A stretch of DNA of 64,000 nucleotides, from the NCBI GenBank assembly GCA_013265495.1, contig MU058570.1, positions 186,001-250,000 of the forward strand, written 5' to 3'. The notes under the pieces are model-generated. The model was not told the origin of the DNA. It worked only from the letters and a program-made list of their open reading frames with translations, and searched no databases. A program made the translations under genes and the position numbers. Positions 39,857 to 52,244 of this stretch are shown here, piece by piece; positions within the stretch are counted from its first letter, which is position 1, and every line of letters starts with the position of its first letter. The stretch is from Vicugna vicugna. Taxonomy: Eukaryota.

Positions 39857-40001
39857 GGGGGGAGGATACAGCTCAGTGGTAGAGTGCATGCTCAGCACAC
39901 ACGAGGTCCTGAGTTCAATCCCCAGTCCCTCCTCTAAATAAATAAGCAAAACCCAATTACCTCCCCCTCCAAAAACAAACAAACACACAACAACAACAAG
40001 A
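39857..40001 (+). mobile_element. tRNA-derived SINE
   Basis: A/B boxes; TSD aagac(g/a)ctata. Confidence 0.9.
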
Positions 40002-40332
40002 AAGACACTATATTATATTAATGCCTCCATGCCATAGAACTGTGAAAATGTTGTTCTTTGGAAAATCAAAAGTTTATGATCATTTCTCTTGACCATTTAA
40101 ACTACAAAGCCTTCCAGTCCTTGCCTGTCACTTGCCTTTCTCTGAAGTCTCCTAAATATGTTAGTCACGTCAGTCCCTCAGGATAAGTATCTTGTCTTCA
40201 GCTCCCTCACTATTCCTTTTGGATGGCCTAGGGGTATCCTGATACATGTCCCAATCCTAGCTGGCTACCCACTGCTGCTTCCTGGTCTCCCGTTGTTCTC
40301 GTGCGCCCGTTGCCTGAGAGAGGATCTCTTTT

Positions 40333-40685
40333 TCAGTGAAGTATAGTTGATTTACAATGTTGTGTTAGTTTCAAGTGTACAACAAAGTGATTCAGTTATA
40401 CACATATATACTCCTCAGATTCTTTTCCATGATAGGTTATTACAAGATATTGACTATAGTTCCCTGTGCTATATATATGGTATGGCCTTGTTGTTTATTT
40501 ATTTTATGTATAGTAGTGTGTGTATGTTAATCGCAAGCTCCCAATTTATGCCTCCTCCCCTCCCTTTTCCCCTTTGGTGACCATAGTCTGTTTTCTACGT
40601 CTGTGAATCTATTTCTGGTTTGTAAATAGGTTCATTTGTTTCATTTTTTTTAAGGATTCCACATATAAGAGATATCATATCTTTA
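40333..40685 (-). mobile_element. L1 3' UTR fragment
   Basis: gaagtatagttgatttacaatgttgtg..gattccacatataag. Confidence 0.85.
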
Positions 40686-41194
40686 CTCTGAATATTTCTT
40701 TGGAATGAGAAGGGAGCTGCTGCTGTTTCTCTCATTTCTTCTCTTAAACCATCCTCTAGAGATTAGTCAGACTGATGTAATTAGGGTTTATTTCCTATTC
40801 CTAATAACTCCATTAGAATATTTGCCAGTGAAAATAATTTGAGGGAAAACCTTTGACTCTTCTTCATCCTGTAACTTGTCTTTGGGCGTCACTGCTTTCT
40901 CTGCCGGCCTAATCTTGGGAACAGACTGAATTCCATTTGTCTGAAGAACACTTGACTTCTGCTTCTCTGCAGCTGTGAGTATGGATCAAAAGCTAGAATG
41001 ACATGCAGGGTATGATCATTTAAAGGGTGGATAAAGTAAGGCAGATGTAAAGGGTAGCTCACTACAATGCAACACATCAGTCAAATTAATGCTGTCTGCA
41101 AATCACCTTCCCCTGTAATCCCTGCTAAGCTTTCTAAGCAAACATAAGTTCATGTTGAGAGAGATTTGGCCAATATAAATAAATCCCTGATAGT

Positions 41195-42275
41195 GCCGAT
41201 ATGATACGTGGAGGACTCGTCCTTTGTTATTCTGCCACAGCCAAATGCAACCCTCCTCGACTCAGAATGGTGAATGCTTATAAGACAACACTTAGTGATC
41301 TTTGTCTTTTAGTACTTTCTCATGGGCTGTGTTCCTGGCATTTAAGAAGACTTAAGAAGCAGCTAATGATAGTTGGATATGGGGGAGGATAGTATTCATA
41401 AAGTGTTAATAAATTATGAATAAGAGGATGAGGTGGGGGAGGATATAGCTCAAATGGTAGAGTGCCTGCTTTAGCATGCACAGGGTCCTGGGTTCAATCT
41501 CCAGTCACTCCTCCAAAAAAGTAAATAAATAAACCTAATTACCACTGCCTACCAAAAAAATATATGAAAACGAATATATGTATGTATATGCAAGACTGGG
41601 ACATAGTGCTCTACACCAGAAACTGACACACAGTAACTGACTGTACTTCAATAAAAAATGAAAATAAAAAAGGTATATTTTAGAGGGAGGTTTATCATTT
41701 TTCAAATATGAATGTTTAATCTTCCAGAAAAACTGGGGACTTAAAAACACAGCCTCTCTCCCTCTTTTGTTGTAATTAATAGTATTATTATGTAATTAAG
41801 ACTATTACTAAGGTGTGCTCACTCAGTTACAGTATACTGGGGCTTTAGTTCACTTGCTTACACTGGTTATTACAGGAGTCCTCATAAAATAAACACCCCC
41901 TCTTTGCTGCAGGGACTTGGCAGATCTGTTTTGCACTTCAGTGAGCTCCCGATTGTGACAAAGCACATCTCTTTCAAGACTAGACCGCAAGCTCTTTGAA
42001 AGCAAGGGACCGCTCACGTGGCTTCCCGACCTGTTCCTGAACACAGCCTTCAGGGAGTGCTGCGCGAGCCTTTGGTTTGATTCTGCTTGGGAGGTGGTGT
42101 ATTACCCTCTCAGCTACAGAATATGAAACAAAAAGCCAGGATGAATAGGACACCCAACTTGAAGATGTACTTTAATTCTTATCTTTATGGTAGAAGTCGA
42201 ACAGTTTTTTATATTGTGTTATATAAATGCAAATCTAATGAACACCTCTCTACAGACCGCGTTGTCTGAACTAAA
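41195..42275 (+). pseudogene. Dynein-like AAA2 remnants
   Basis: MIRGGLVLCYSATAK..AYKTTLSDL (~VRHG..VG..GK..AY..L.D); KTITK..QL..GFSSLAYT..TGVLIK at ~41800 (~PKSIT.GQLYG.F....EWTDGVL); LGGGVLPSQLQNMKQKARMNRTPNL in register with [35 protein letters not shown] (~DL..ASPATVSR). Confidence 0.6.
41434..41670 (+). mobile_element. tRNA-derived SINE followed by ~100 bp of L1 3' terminus
   Basis: SINE head and A-tail, then atatgaaaacgaatatatg..actgactgtacttcaataaaaa (L1 3' end in the same orientation). Confidence 0.85.
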
Positions 42276-42816
42276 GCAGTCACATGAGCATCCTTTATGA
42301 AAATGGACAGCCCTCTGAGAAGTCACATCTGAGACCAGCCCCCAGCGCAGTGCAGAGGTGCCTTTGCTCTGCTCCTGGGGCTGCAGCCCTTGACCGCTGC
42401 CTGGTTAAATGTAGCTCTGTACCTACCGAGAGAGCTGGTTGGTGGAAGCTGGCCGGTCTAGGGGTATGAGAGCCCAGAGGCGGGTGTGCCCGTGAGGCAC
42501 TTTGGGGAGCTGAGTGCCCTGCCCTGGGGGTAGACATCAGGTGACTTGAATCTGCTCACCAAACATTCAGATGCCCAGCAATTGGTAGTTACTAAATAAA
42601 TATTTGTTGAATGAGCTCTTCTATTTCTAAAGCCATGTTTACTAAACCACCTTCTGACTATAAATTGACTCTACATGACCAAAAATAAAATATCTTAAAA
42701 ATTATGCTTAAAGGAGCATTTCTGTTTGATAGATAATACACGATTAGCTCCTTCAGTCATTTTATCAGGTGGAGGGTTTCCAACTGCAAGTGACAGGAAA
42801 CCCAACTCCAAATGCT

Positions 42817-42945
42817 GTGGGGGAGGGTAGAGCTCAGTGGTGAGCACATGCCTAGCACGCAAAAGGTCCTGGGTTCAATCCCCAGTACCCTCTCCAAAAA
42901 TAAATAAGTAAACCTAATTACCCCCGACCCCCCAGTTTTTTTTTA
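42817..42945 (+). mobile_element. tRNA-derived SINE
   Basis: gggagggtagagctcagtggtgagcac..gggttcaatccccagtacc. Confidence 0.88.
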
Positions 42946-43424
42946 ATTCCCTCCACCGTAGGGAATAGCTGTAGATGAGGTTCCAAGGCTTGTTTGTTCA
43001 GAAGCTCAGCTGTGCCAGCAGGGACCTAAAGTCTTCCCACCCCTCTCCTCTGGCAGTATTAGCCTCATTCCTCACCCTTTCTGAGTCATAAAACAGCTAC
43101 CGTTTGTCATCAGGGTACCCTTGTTTATGAAATAAAGTCCTTCCTGCCCGTCTGTTTGGGCCATGTTAGGTCAAATGCCTGCTCCGGAGCAGTTACAGGC
43201 CGGGGAAATGACTCGCACTAATTAGACCGATCCTGTTTCTTTCTAATCCAGGGAGGAGGGGGCTGGGAATGACCATAATTGGTTTACAGTAACCAGCGCC
43301 TGTCCCGGAGCGCTGGGGGTCATGTCCCCTTAGATTACTTCGGCCCCTTGGGAGAATGACTGTTGGGCAGACAACTTCTACTGCAATAGCATCTCCTCTA
43401 GTCTCCAAAAATGTCGGCTGCACT

Positions 43425-44250
43425 GCAGTTTGAACATGTATGTACCAGCTAGTGGTCTTCCTGGAGCAGGTGACGGACTTCAGCGGCCCTTCTCACTGCT
43501 CCTCCTGCAGCGAGGACGTGGTCAGTGCGGCACAGCTGTGGGCCCTCCGCCTCGGGCATGTACCGAGGAGTATAGAGTTCCTCGTCTTCTTGGAAAGATC
43601 AAAATCTCTCTTGTTATCTTGCAGACACTTGCATTTAATCTTAGTTGTTACTGTCCTTTGTGAATCTGATAAAAAATATTTGGTGCTTTGAAGACTGCCG
43701 TTCACAGAACCACTCTGACCACAATGCTGCTTTGGAGGGAGAAATGGAAGCTGGTTATTTGGTGACCATTGCTCTTTCCCCACTTTTCATAAATTAGCAC
43801 CTTGAGTAATTTTGTCATGAGTATGTGCATAAACTAGGATGCTCTACCTTTATGACAATGAAGTCCTTATTTTAGATTCCCTTTTAATATTAAAATCCAG
43901 AGACTTTAGTCTAGATGTTGACTGATCGAACGTCATTGGTAAAATTGATATTAAAACCAGTTTCTTTAATTGTTCACAACTGTAAAAGCATGAGCTAAAA
44001 GTGACCCATCTCTGTATTTTTTCCAGTATACATTACTGAGTAATAAAGTTAATTTTCCCTAGTTACATTTTCCTAAGAGCAGTGTTATTTCATGTGACTA
44101 AAGGAGCTTTCAAATCAATATCCCTGAGTAAGATTCTTCTGATATTTACCTATTATTCTGTTTCCGTTGTACCTGGAAATCTTCCCTTATTGAGAAACCA
44201 TTGGTGTGTTGGCCTGAATTACAGTGCTAATCTCTAGATAAAGGGTGAAG
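43425..44250 (+). pseudogene. Dynein-like AAA2 lid / AAA3 start remnants
   Basis: FEHV..AAQLWAL..RSIEFLVFLER (~F.L.WS.G....R.KFD.FLR); SDI..RCTW / IEKPLV-VG (~RYTY...EKPVL.VGP.GTGK). Confidence 0.4.
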
Positions 44251-44701
44251 TTAGAATAATCTACACAAAGTACTTGGCACCATGTCTTTCCTACAAGAGC
44301 CCCCCACTCCCCTTTTCAAGCCATGAGCTGCTCCCTCTCCAGGTGTGACACCCACGGCCTCTCCTTCCACCTCTTCTTCCTCCTTCAGCTGCACATGCTC
44401 TGCAGATCCTGACCCCGGTCTCCCGACCACCCGCCTTGCCTGCTGCTGTGCAGACAAAGCTCCCTTTAGATGGAGATCGCTGTGGATTCCTGGTCTCTGC
44501 GGTACGCAGTAATACTTAGCAGTCCTTTTTCCTATCCTGGCCATCTCACTTTTTCTCCACGTCTGCTGTTTTATACTTTCACTAATCTCTTCAAGCCTTT
44601 TGTCTCACCTCCAGGACATGCCCCTTCCTTCCATCCTCTTCTCCAACCTGTATTTACCTCCAGGCTTAACCTTAACCCTTTTCCTGTTGTCTCAGAAGAA
44701 A

Positions 44702-45606
44702 TGATAGCGGATACGAGGACTCTGAAATTAGGAAGAGGCCCACCAAAGTGTGGGTCCTTGCTGCCGGATGTGAAAGGGTTCACAGCAGAGGCAGAGGGAC
44801 AAAGTGAATGACTGCTTTATTGCTTCAAAAGAGGAAAAGGAAAGAAAACGTTGGAGCAGGGAAGAGGAAAGCGCTGGAGCAGGGAGCCGGCAGCCGAGAT
44901 GGCCCATTGAGACAGCTCCAGGCTGGGCCACGTGGACTTTCATGGGAGACTTCTGTCCTCATGTCTTCCTTCTGGGTGTGATGGAGCCAATCGCCCTGTC
45001 TTCCGTGCTTGTACGGGCTTTTCCTGTTGCTGTCATGGCGCTGGTGGGTGTGTCGTTTAGCAGCTCATACACTGCAGTGTGCTTGAGGCTCCACTGGAAG
45101 TCAGATGCTCCGCCATCTTGGGCTCAGTTGGTTCTAACCAGTTCTTGTTTCTTCTCTTTGCAGCAGCTTCCTGAGAGCTAGATAAGAGTAATTGGTTTCT
45201 ATTCAAAGGAGGGGCAGGGGTATGATCCTGGGAACAACAGCATTGATAACAAAACAGAAAGTTACTTTGAATCAGCATGCTGGCAATCTGGTGAACCCAG
45301 TGTCTCCCCTGCCCTCTCCAAAAAACCATCTCCAAAGATCCTGCTCAGCCATAAACAAGAGACAGGGGTTGGGGGCCAGAGAGGGGTGGGGCCTTAAGGA
45401 GGATCTGGGACCATGTCCTAAGGCTGCACTGCTCCTCCCCGTCTCTGCACTCCCTCCTTTCCCAGATTAGCTCCCGTTTGAATCTGCCCTTCTGAACTCA
45501 GGGAAGATGAAGGAGGCGGAATGAAGCCTATTTCCTACAAACAGGAAACAGGGAACACAGAACGATCTGTACCAGGGAGGACCCCTCGGGGTCCTGCTCA
45601 ATATCA
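44702..45606 (-). mobile_element. ERV1-class solo LTR
   Basis: TGATA...TATCA inverted termini, 4-bp TSD gaaa at 44698-44701 and 45607-45610, and a reverse-strand AATAAA near 44816. Confidence 0.7.
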
Positions 45607-46719
45607 GAAAGGAGGTCTCTCTTCATTTTTGAGACTAAGCTCTACCTTTTGCCTCAGACCTCATCTCTCAAGTCTCAGAATCTCCTGTCCCCAAGCATTC
45701 CTTTCTTTTTCTACTGGTACCTTCCTGTCTTCTGGCCGTCCGCACCACACCCTCCATTCCTGCCCCATCTCTTTCCATCACAGCCAGGGCGCTGCTGAGA
45801 GTTGGCAGTGCTTTTTATCTGTGGCGTGTCACTTCCTCAGCTCTTGGGCTGACCGCTCTTGGCCCCCCTCGTGTAAACCTGGTTGTACTCGGGGCGCAAG
45901 TAGGTGCACCCAAGGCCTTTGCAGCCTCTGTAATTTAGCCTCTCTTCACAGCCAGCCCTTATAAGAACTGCTTCCCCGATCTCCCTGGTGGCTCACAGGT
46001 ATTTGATGTTTCATCTCTCTAGATCTGCACTCAGTATTTTGTCACAAAATGAATACGTCCTCAGAACCCTCAGTATTTCTTATCTCAGTTATCAGTGTCA
46101 CGAAGGAGCTGTTTGCCTAAGCCAGAAACCAAGGAACCCTTCTCAGACAACTCCACTGTCCCCGCACCGTTTCTGCCAAGAAGTGAACTGTGTGGAATGA
46201 ATCCTGCAGTCAAGGCCATCTGCCTTTGCTCCCTTTATGACCTTTGGGAATCTCGTGGGAGAAGCTACGAAGGCACAGGTCATCTGGTGTACTCCCTCGG
46301 ACTGAGCTTCCCTAAAGGCTGAAGGTCATCACTGACTGTCAGTTGTTGAGCAAACATACTGTGCTCTTCAATGCACTTTCCGGCCAGGTTCCCACTGTCA
46401 GCGGTTGTCATTGTGCCTGGAGCTCAGTCTTACTTTATGATGTGCCACCACTCTGCTGGGGTCTGGGAAATTCAATGTGGCTTGAAATGAGTGTAAAAAC
46501 AAGTCAATAAGTTTCAAATGAGGTTTCTCCCTTGGAGTTAATGCTTTGGCTTTGTGTTAGCTATTTCAGTGGAGGCCATTTTTTCCAGACCTATATTTTT
46601 GTCTGTGTTCCTGAATGGCTGACTTTTGCCCAAGACTGATTTCTAATTATTTGATATCATTTCTGTTATCTCATTTAACATTTCTCATGCAGAATTAAAA
46701 ATAGCCTAGTAGCATGTAG

Positions 46720-47620
46720 CTGGTTTAGATTTTCTATTTTGGGATATGCTCTCTCCCATGCCCTGAAGCTTCATTCCTTCTGAGGACACCCTCATCAAGT
46801 GAATGTAATTATCATGAATTGGATACAAAAAATTTCTTTGTGATTTTGAGCAAATTAACATCCACTATAATGAAACAACATCAAATCTAATTAAAGTAGA
46901 CATAATTGTTTAAGTAGTTCATACTTAAACTATCTTATACAACCTAACAGTGTACTTACACATCTCTCCATTCATTGCTCTGTAGTATGACTGTGTACCT
47001 GCTCCTCTGAAGACTTTTTGTAGCTGTTAAGCACTGCACACGTGACATATAATACATATACATGACGTGCAGTGTATATGTCATTCAACTTCAAGAAAGG
47101 AAAGAGAAAAAGAAAGTAAAAAGTCCCACAGATTTTAAAAACAAAATAAGTCAGTAAAATTAGTGCATTTTGTACTGGAATCACAGATGTGGGCGTGGTG
47201 TGTGAGAGCCTCACTGCTGTAAAAAACCAGCGAACCTCACACCCTGAGGGGAGAATGTCAGGTTTTGTAGATCCATCTCTTGGCTCTCGGTTCCAAGGAG
47301 GGCTGTGAAATCCAAATTCCTTCATCAACAGGAGGAGTTTAACTGAACCTCTTCATTAAGTTGGATCCTTGTCACCTACAGGGAATGTGATTGCCCACTG
47401 GGGTGCTTGGTTTTATTTGTGTCAACCAAGCTCAGATATCTCCAGACAGAAAAATACCGGGATGCACAGCCTGGTGCCTCACCTGCTGCTCCTTCCTTCT
47501 GGGTACCGTTTCCCCCTTGAGGCACATCCTTTGGTAATCCTTTCTGTTTGGATGTGTGTAGTAAACTTACAGTCATTGTCTGATAAAATCACCTATTCTA
47601 ATTTTTATAAAACTTTCTGA
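46720..47620 (+). pseudogene. Dynein-like AAA3 end / AAA4 start remnants
   Basis: RFSILG..PSEDTLIK (~RHF.I...P..ETL..IF); KLTSTIMK; NYL-YNL (~HY.FNLRD); CESLTAVKNQR (~HE.LRVF.DRL); MHSLV (~MNLVLF); AHPLVILSV..LQSLSDKITY..YKTF (~GHALLVGVGGSGRQSL.RLAA...Y.LF). Confidence 0.55.
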
Positions 47621-48559
47621 GATCATCATGGATTCACAGGCAGTTTTAAGAACAGAGATCTCATGTACCCTTTACTCTGTTTTCCCCAGTGGTCACATTG
47701 CAAAACTGTCATGACATCACAACCAGGATACTGATGCTGCCATGGCTACTGACACAGATGACTTCTATCAACACAAAGATCTCTCCTGTGCCCTTTTGGG
47801 GACACATACTCTTCCTCCCTACTCCCCCCACCTCCTTAGCCCCTGGCAACCACTGATCTGTTCATCATTTCTATAATTCCTTTGTTTCAGGAGTGTTCTG
47901 TAAGTGGCCTCGTGCAGTGTGTAATCTTTCAGGATTGACTTTTCCACGCAGTATGATTCTCTGCAGAGCCATCCGGCTTCCTGCGTGTATGAGCAGTTCA
48001 CTCCCTACTCACTTATTGCCGAGAATTATTATTCCTTGATACAAAAATACTCATTTATTTAACCAGTCACCTGTTGCAGAACATCTGGGTTGTTTGCAGT
48101 TTGGGGCTATAACAAAGCTACTGCAGACCTTCATGGACGGGGTTTTGTGTGAACGTAAGTCTTCAGTTTTCTGGGATAAACGCCCAGGGATGCAGTTGCT
48201 CAGTCATGGTGGTTTCATGTTCAGTTTTTTTTTTTGAGAAACTGTCCAGCTATTTTCCAGATTAGCTATACCATTTTGTATTTCTACCAGCAGTGTAGGA
48301 GTGATCTAATTTATGTGCATCCTCGCCAGGATTTAGTGTTGTCACTACTTTTTATTTTAGCCTTTCTGATAGGTGTGTAGTGACATTTCATTATGGTTTT
48401 AAATTGCATTTCCCTAATTTATTGGCTAACTTTTTTTTAAATTGGCTAACAGTCTTAAACATATTTTTATATGCTCATTTGCCACATGTATATCTTTTTC
48501 AGTGAAATGTCTCTTCATGTCTTATGCCCACTTTCTACTTGGGTTGTTTGATTTTGTAA

Positions 48560-48977
48560 TTAATTTTTTTATTGAATTACAGTTGATTTACAATATTTTG
48601 TTAGTTTCAGTTGTATAGCAAAGTGATTCAGTTATATATATTTTTTCAGATTATTTTCCAGTATAGGTTATTACATGATATTGAATATAATTCCCTGTGC
48701 TCTACAGTAAATCCTTGTTGCTTATCTATTTTATGTATAGTAGTTTATATCTATTAATTCCACACTCCTAATTTATCTCTGTTTCCCTTTTGGTAACCAT
48801 AAGTTTGTTTCCTATGTCTGTGAGTCTGTTTCTGTTTGGTATATAGATTCATTATATTGTTTTTTAGATTCCACATATAAGTGATATCACTAATATTTGT
48901 CTTTCTCCATCTGACTTAATATTCTCTATGTTGCTGAAGTGGCATTATTTCATTCTTTTTATGGCTGAGTAATATTC

Positions 48978-49026
<49 letters not shown>

Positions 49027-50575
49027 TCTCCCACATCTTCTTAATCCAGTCGTCTATTGATGGGCACTTGGGCTGTTTCCATGTCTTGGCTATTGTAAAT
49101 AGTGCTGCTGTGAACATTGGGATGCATGCATCTTTTCAAATTAGAGGCTTTTTTTTTTCATCTTTTCTGGGTATATGCCCAGGATTGGGATTGTTGGATC
49201 ATATGGTAGCCCTATTTTTAGTTTTTTGAGGAACCTCCATGCTCTTCTCCATAGTCGCTACACTAATTTACATTCCTACCAAACATGTAGGAGAGTTCCC
49301 CATCCTCAACACCCTCTCCAGCATTCATTATTTGTAAACTTTTTGATGACAGCCATTCTGACCAGTGTCAGGTGGCACCTCACTGTGGTTCTAATTTGCA
49401 TTTTCCTGATGATCAGTAATGCTGAGCGTCTTTTCGTGTGCCTGTGGGCCATCTGTATGTCTTCTTTGGAGAAATGTCTATTTAGGTCTTTTGCCTATTT
49501 TTGATTATGTTGTTTGCTTTCTTGTTATTGAGTTGTATGAGCTGTTTGTGCATTTTGGAAATTAAGCCCTTGGTCACATCATTTGCAAATATTTCCTCCC
49601 ATTCCATAGGTTGTCTCTTCATTTTGTTGATGGTTTCCTTTGCTGTGCAAAAGCTTTAAGATTGATTAGGTCCCATTTGTTTGTTTTTATTTCTTTGCCT
49701 GGGGAGACTGCTCTAAGGGAATATTGCTATCATTTATGTCAGAGAATGTTTTATCTGTGTTCTCTTCTAAGAGATTTATGGTGTCATGTCATGTGGTTTT
49801 GATTTGCATTTTCCTGATGAGCAGTGATGTTGAGCATCTTTTCATGTGCCTGTTGGCCATTTGTAGGTCTTCAAACCATTCTGAGTTTATTTTTATATAT
49901 TGTGGGAAGACATCTAATTTCATTGACTTACTTGTAGCTGTCCAGCTTTTCCAACCCTACTTGTTCACGGGACTGCCTTTTCTCCATTGTATATTCTTGA
50001 CTCTCTTGTCATGGATTGATTGACTGTAGGTTTATTTCTGGGCTCCTTGTTCTAGTCCATTGATCGATATGTCTGTTTGTGTGCCAATACCATGCTCTTT
50101 TGATTACTATAGCTTTATAGTATAGTCTGAAGTCTGGGAGGGTCATGCCTCCAGCTTTGTTCTTTTTCCTCAGGATTGCTTTGGTAATTCTGGGTCTTTT
50201 GTGGTTCCATATAAATTTTAGGATTATTGTACTAGTTCTGTGAAAAATGTCATAGGTAATTTGATAGAGATTGCATTAATCTATAGATTTGATAGTATGG
50301 CCATTTTAACAGTATTAATTCTTCCAGTCCAAGAGCATGAGATATCTTTGCATTTCTTTTTACTTCAATTTCCTTTTCAATGTTTTGTATTTTTCAGTAT
50401 TTATGTCTTTCACCTCTTTGGTTAAGTTTATACCTAGGTTTTTTTTGGATGCAATTTTAAATGGGATTTGTTTTCTAACTTTCTGATATTTCCTTATTAT
50501 TGTGAAGAAATGCAACAGATTTCTGTATGTTAATCTTGTATCCTGCTACCTTGTTGAATTCATTTATTAGGTCTA
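48560..50575 (-). mobile_element. Younger L1 nested in old L1
   Basis: A fresh poly-T/3' UTR starts at ~48560 and ORF2 sequence continues to ~50575, where the older L1 resumes. Confidence 0.85.
48980..49025. repeat. (TG)n microsatellite
   Basis: Directly visible. Confidence 0.97.
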
Positions 50576-51742
50576 GAAATGGGTTGTTTAATTTTTTTTA
50601 CTGTGTTTTGAGAGTTTTTTTTTAATTAATGTATATATTCTAGATGCTAGTCCTACGTTGGATATTTTGCAGATTTTTCACTCAGTCTGTAGCTTGTCTT
50701 TTCATTCTCTTAACAAAGTTTTCTATAAAGCAAATGTTTTCTATTTTGATGAAGTCCAATTTATCAATTTTTCCTGTTATAGATTTTGGGGTGGGGCATC
50801 CAATCCAGTCTCAGACCTCTTTACTTTGTCCTGAAGATCTTCTCCTATTTTTCCTGAAAGTTTTATAATAATCTTTTACCTTTTAAGTCTGTGGTCTATT
50901 TTCAGTTAATTTTGTATAAGATATGAGGCTTAGGTCAAGGCCTTTTTTACCCCCTTGTGGCTGTCCAGTTGCTTCAGCACCATTTGTTGAAAAGGCTAAC
51001 TTTCTTCTATTAAATGGTTTTTGCACCTTCAAAGGCAGTTGGACATATTAATGTGGGTCTGTTTCTTAGTTCTCTGTGCTGTTTCGTTGATGAACATGTC
51101 TCTCCCCCTGCTTACCCCTCACAGTTGTGATTACTGTGTCAGGTGAAGTGATTCCTTCCACTTTTTCTTTTTCAAAATTGTTTTTGCTATGCTAGTTCCT
51201 TTGTGTTTCCATATAAATTTTAGAATCATCTTGTCTGTATCTACCAAAAAGTCTTGCTAGAAATAGGAAATTTTCTTAAACATAGGCATCAATTTGGAGA
51301 GAGTTAGCATTTTTGCTTTGTCCAGTCTTTAATCCATGGCACAGTGTGCCTTTCTATTTAATTAGTTTCTTTTGTTTCTTTCATCAGCATTATTTCATTT
51401 TTAGCATAGAAATCCTTCCCATGTTTTGTTAGATTTATGCCATTTTTTCAGTGATTATAAGTGATACTATATTTTAAATCTTGATGCTGATGTGTTTGTT
51501 GTTAGTATGTAGAAATGTGATTGATTTTTATATCCTACAGTCTTGACCTTGCTGAACTCACTTACCAGCGATGAGATTTTTCTTTTTAGAGTCCTTCGAT
51601 TTTTCTATGTAGACAATCATATTATCTGCCAATAGGAACAATTTTATTTCTTCCTATTTGATCTGTGTACCTTTGTTTCCTTACTTTGTATGCCTAACTC
51701 TTATTTAATATCACACAGGGATATTAAATAAGAGTGGTAAGA

Positions 51743-52244
51743 TACAATCCAGCAATCCCACTCCTGGGCATGTATCTGGAGGGAACTCTAATTCAGAATG
51801 ATACATGCACCCCAGTGTTCACAGCAGCACTGTATACAGTAGCCAAGACATGGAAACAACCTAAATGTCCATCGATAGTTGACTGGATAAAGAAGTTGCC
51901 TATATTTATACAATGGTACTCAGCAATAAAAAAAGGAATAAAATAATGCCATTTACAGCGACATGGATGGATCTTGAGATCATCATTCTAAGTGAAGCAA
52001 GCCAGAAAGAGAAAGAAATAAACCATATGGTATCACTCATACAGGGAACCTAAAAAAAGAGGAAAAAAAGAAAGAAAAAAGAGGATACTAATGAATGCAT
52101 CTACAAAACAGAAACAGAATCACAGACATAGTAAATGATCTTATGCTTACTGGGGCAGGGGGAGGGGGTGGGAAGACATAAATTTGGGAGTTTGAGACTT
52201 GCACATGTTAACCACTATATATAAAAATAGATTTAAAAGAAGAA
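51743..52244 (+). mobile_element. Truncated L1 3' end nested in opposite orientation
   Basis: YNPAIPLLGMYLE..AKTWKQPKCP. TSD aagagtggt(a/g)aga at 51730-51742 and 52245-52257. Confidence 0.9.

Larger units (their letters stand above)
17863..47620 (+). pseudogene. Ancient decayed axonemal dynein heavy chain-like pseudogene (tail/linker through AAA4), probably single-headed inner-arm type
   Basis: About 15 degenerate segments lie on one strand in the canonical DHC order: ER*LFG (18.65k), HPHWQ (26.5k), IWEDLMF..IQELQQTL (27.9k), HLDK-KR..PGFFF (28.65k), KKLEF (29.3k), EAID..WLVKEPG (29.6k), YDEK*RTNVGSVL (38.2k), AG..NLRQISVPI (38.7k), LGGGV..QNMK..MNR (42.1k), EKPLV-VG (44.2k), FSIL..PSEDTLIK and NYL-YNL (46.7-46.95k), H.LVI..QSLS (47.5k). 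Several are bounded by AG/GT sites. Alignments are by eye, and the 5' and 3' limits are unknown. Confidence 0.75.

Noticed and set aside
39857..39930. tRNA-Ala-like sequences here and at about nine other sites as tRNA genes
   Set aside because: Each has a shared non-tRNA tail and an A-rich end, many have TSDs, and the copies are mutually diverged, so they are SINEs.
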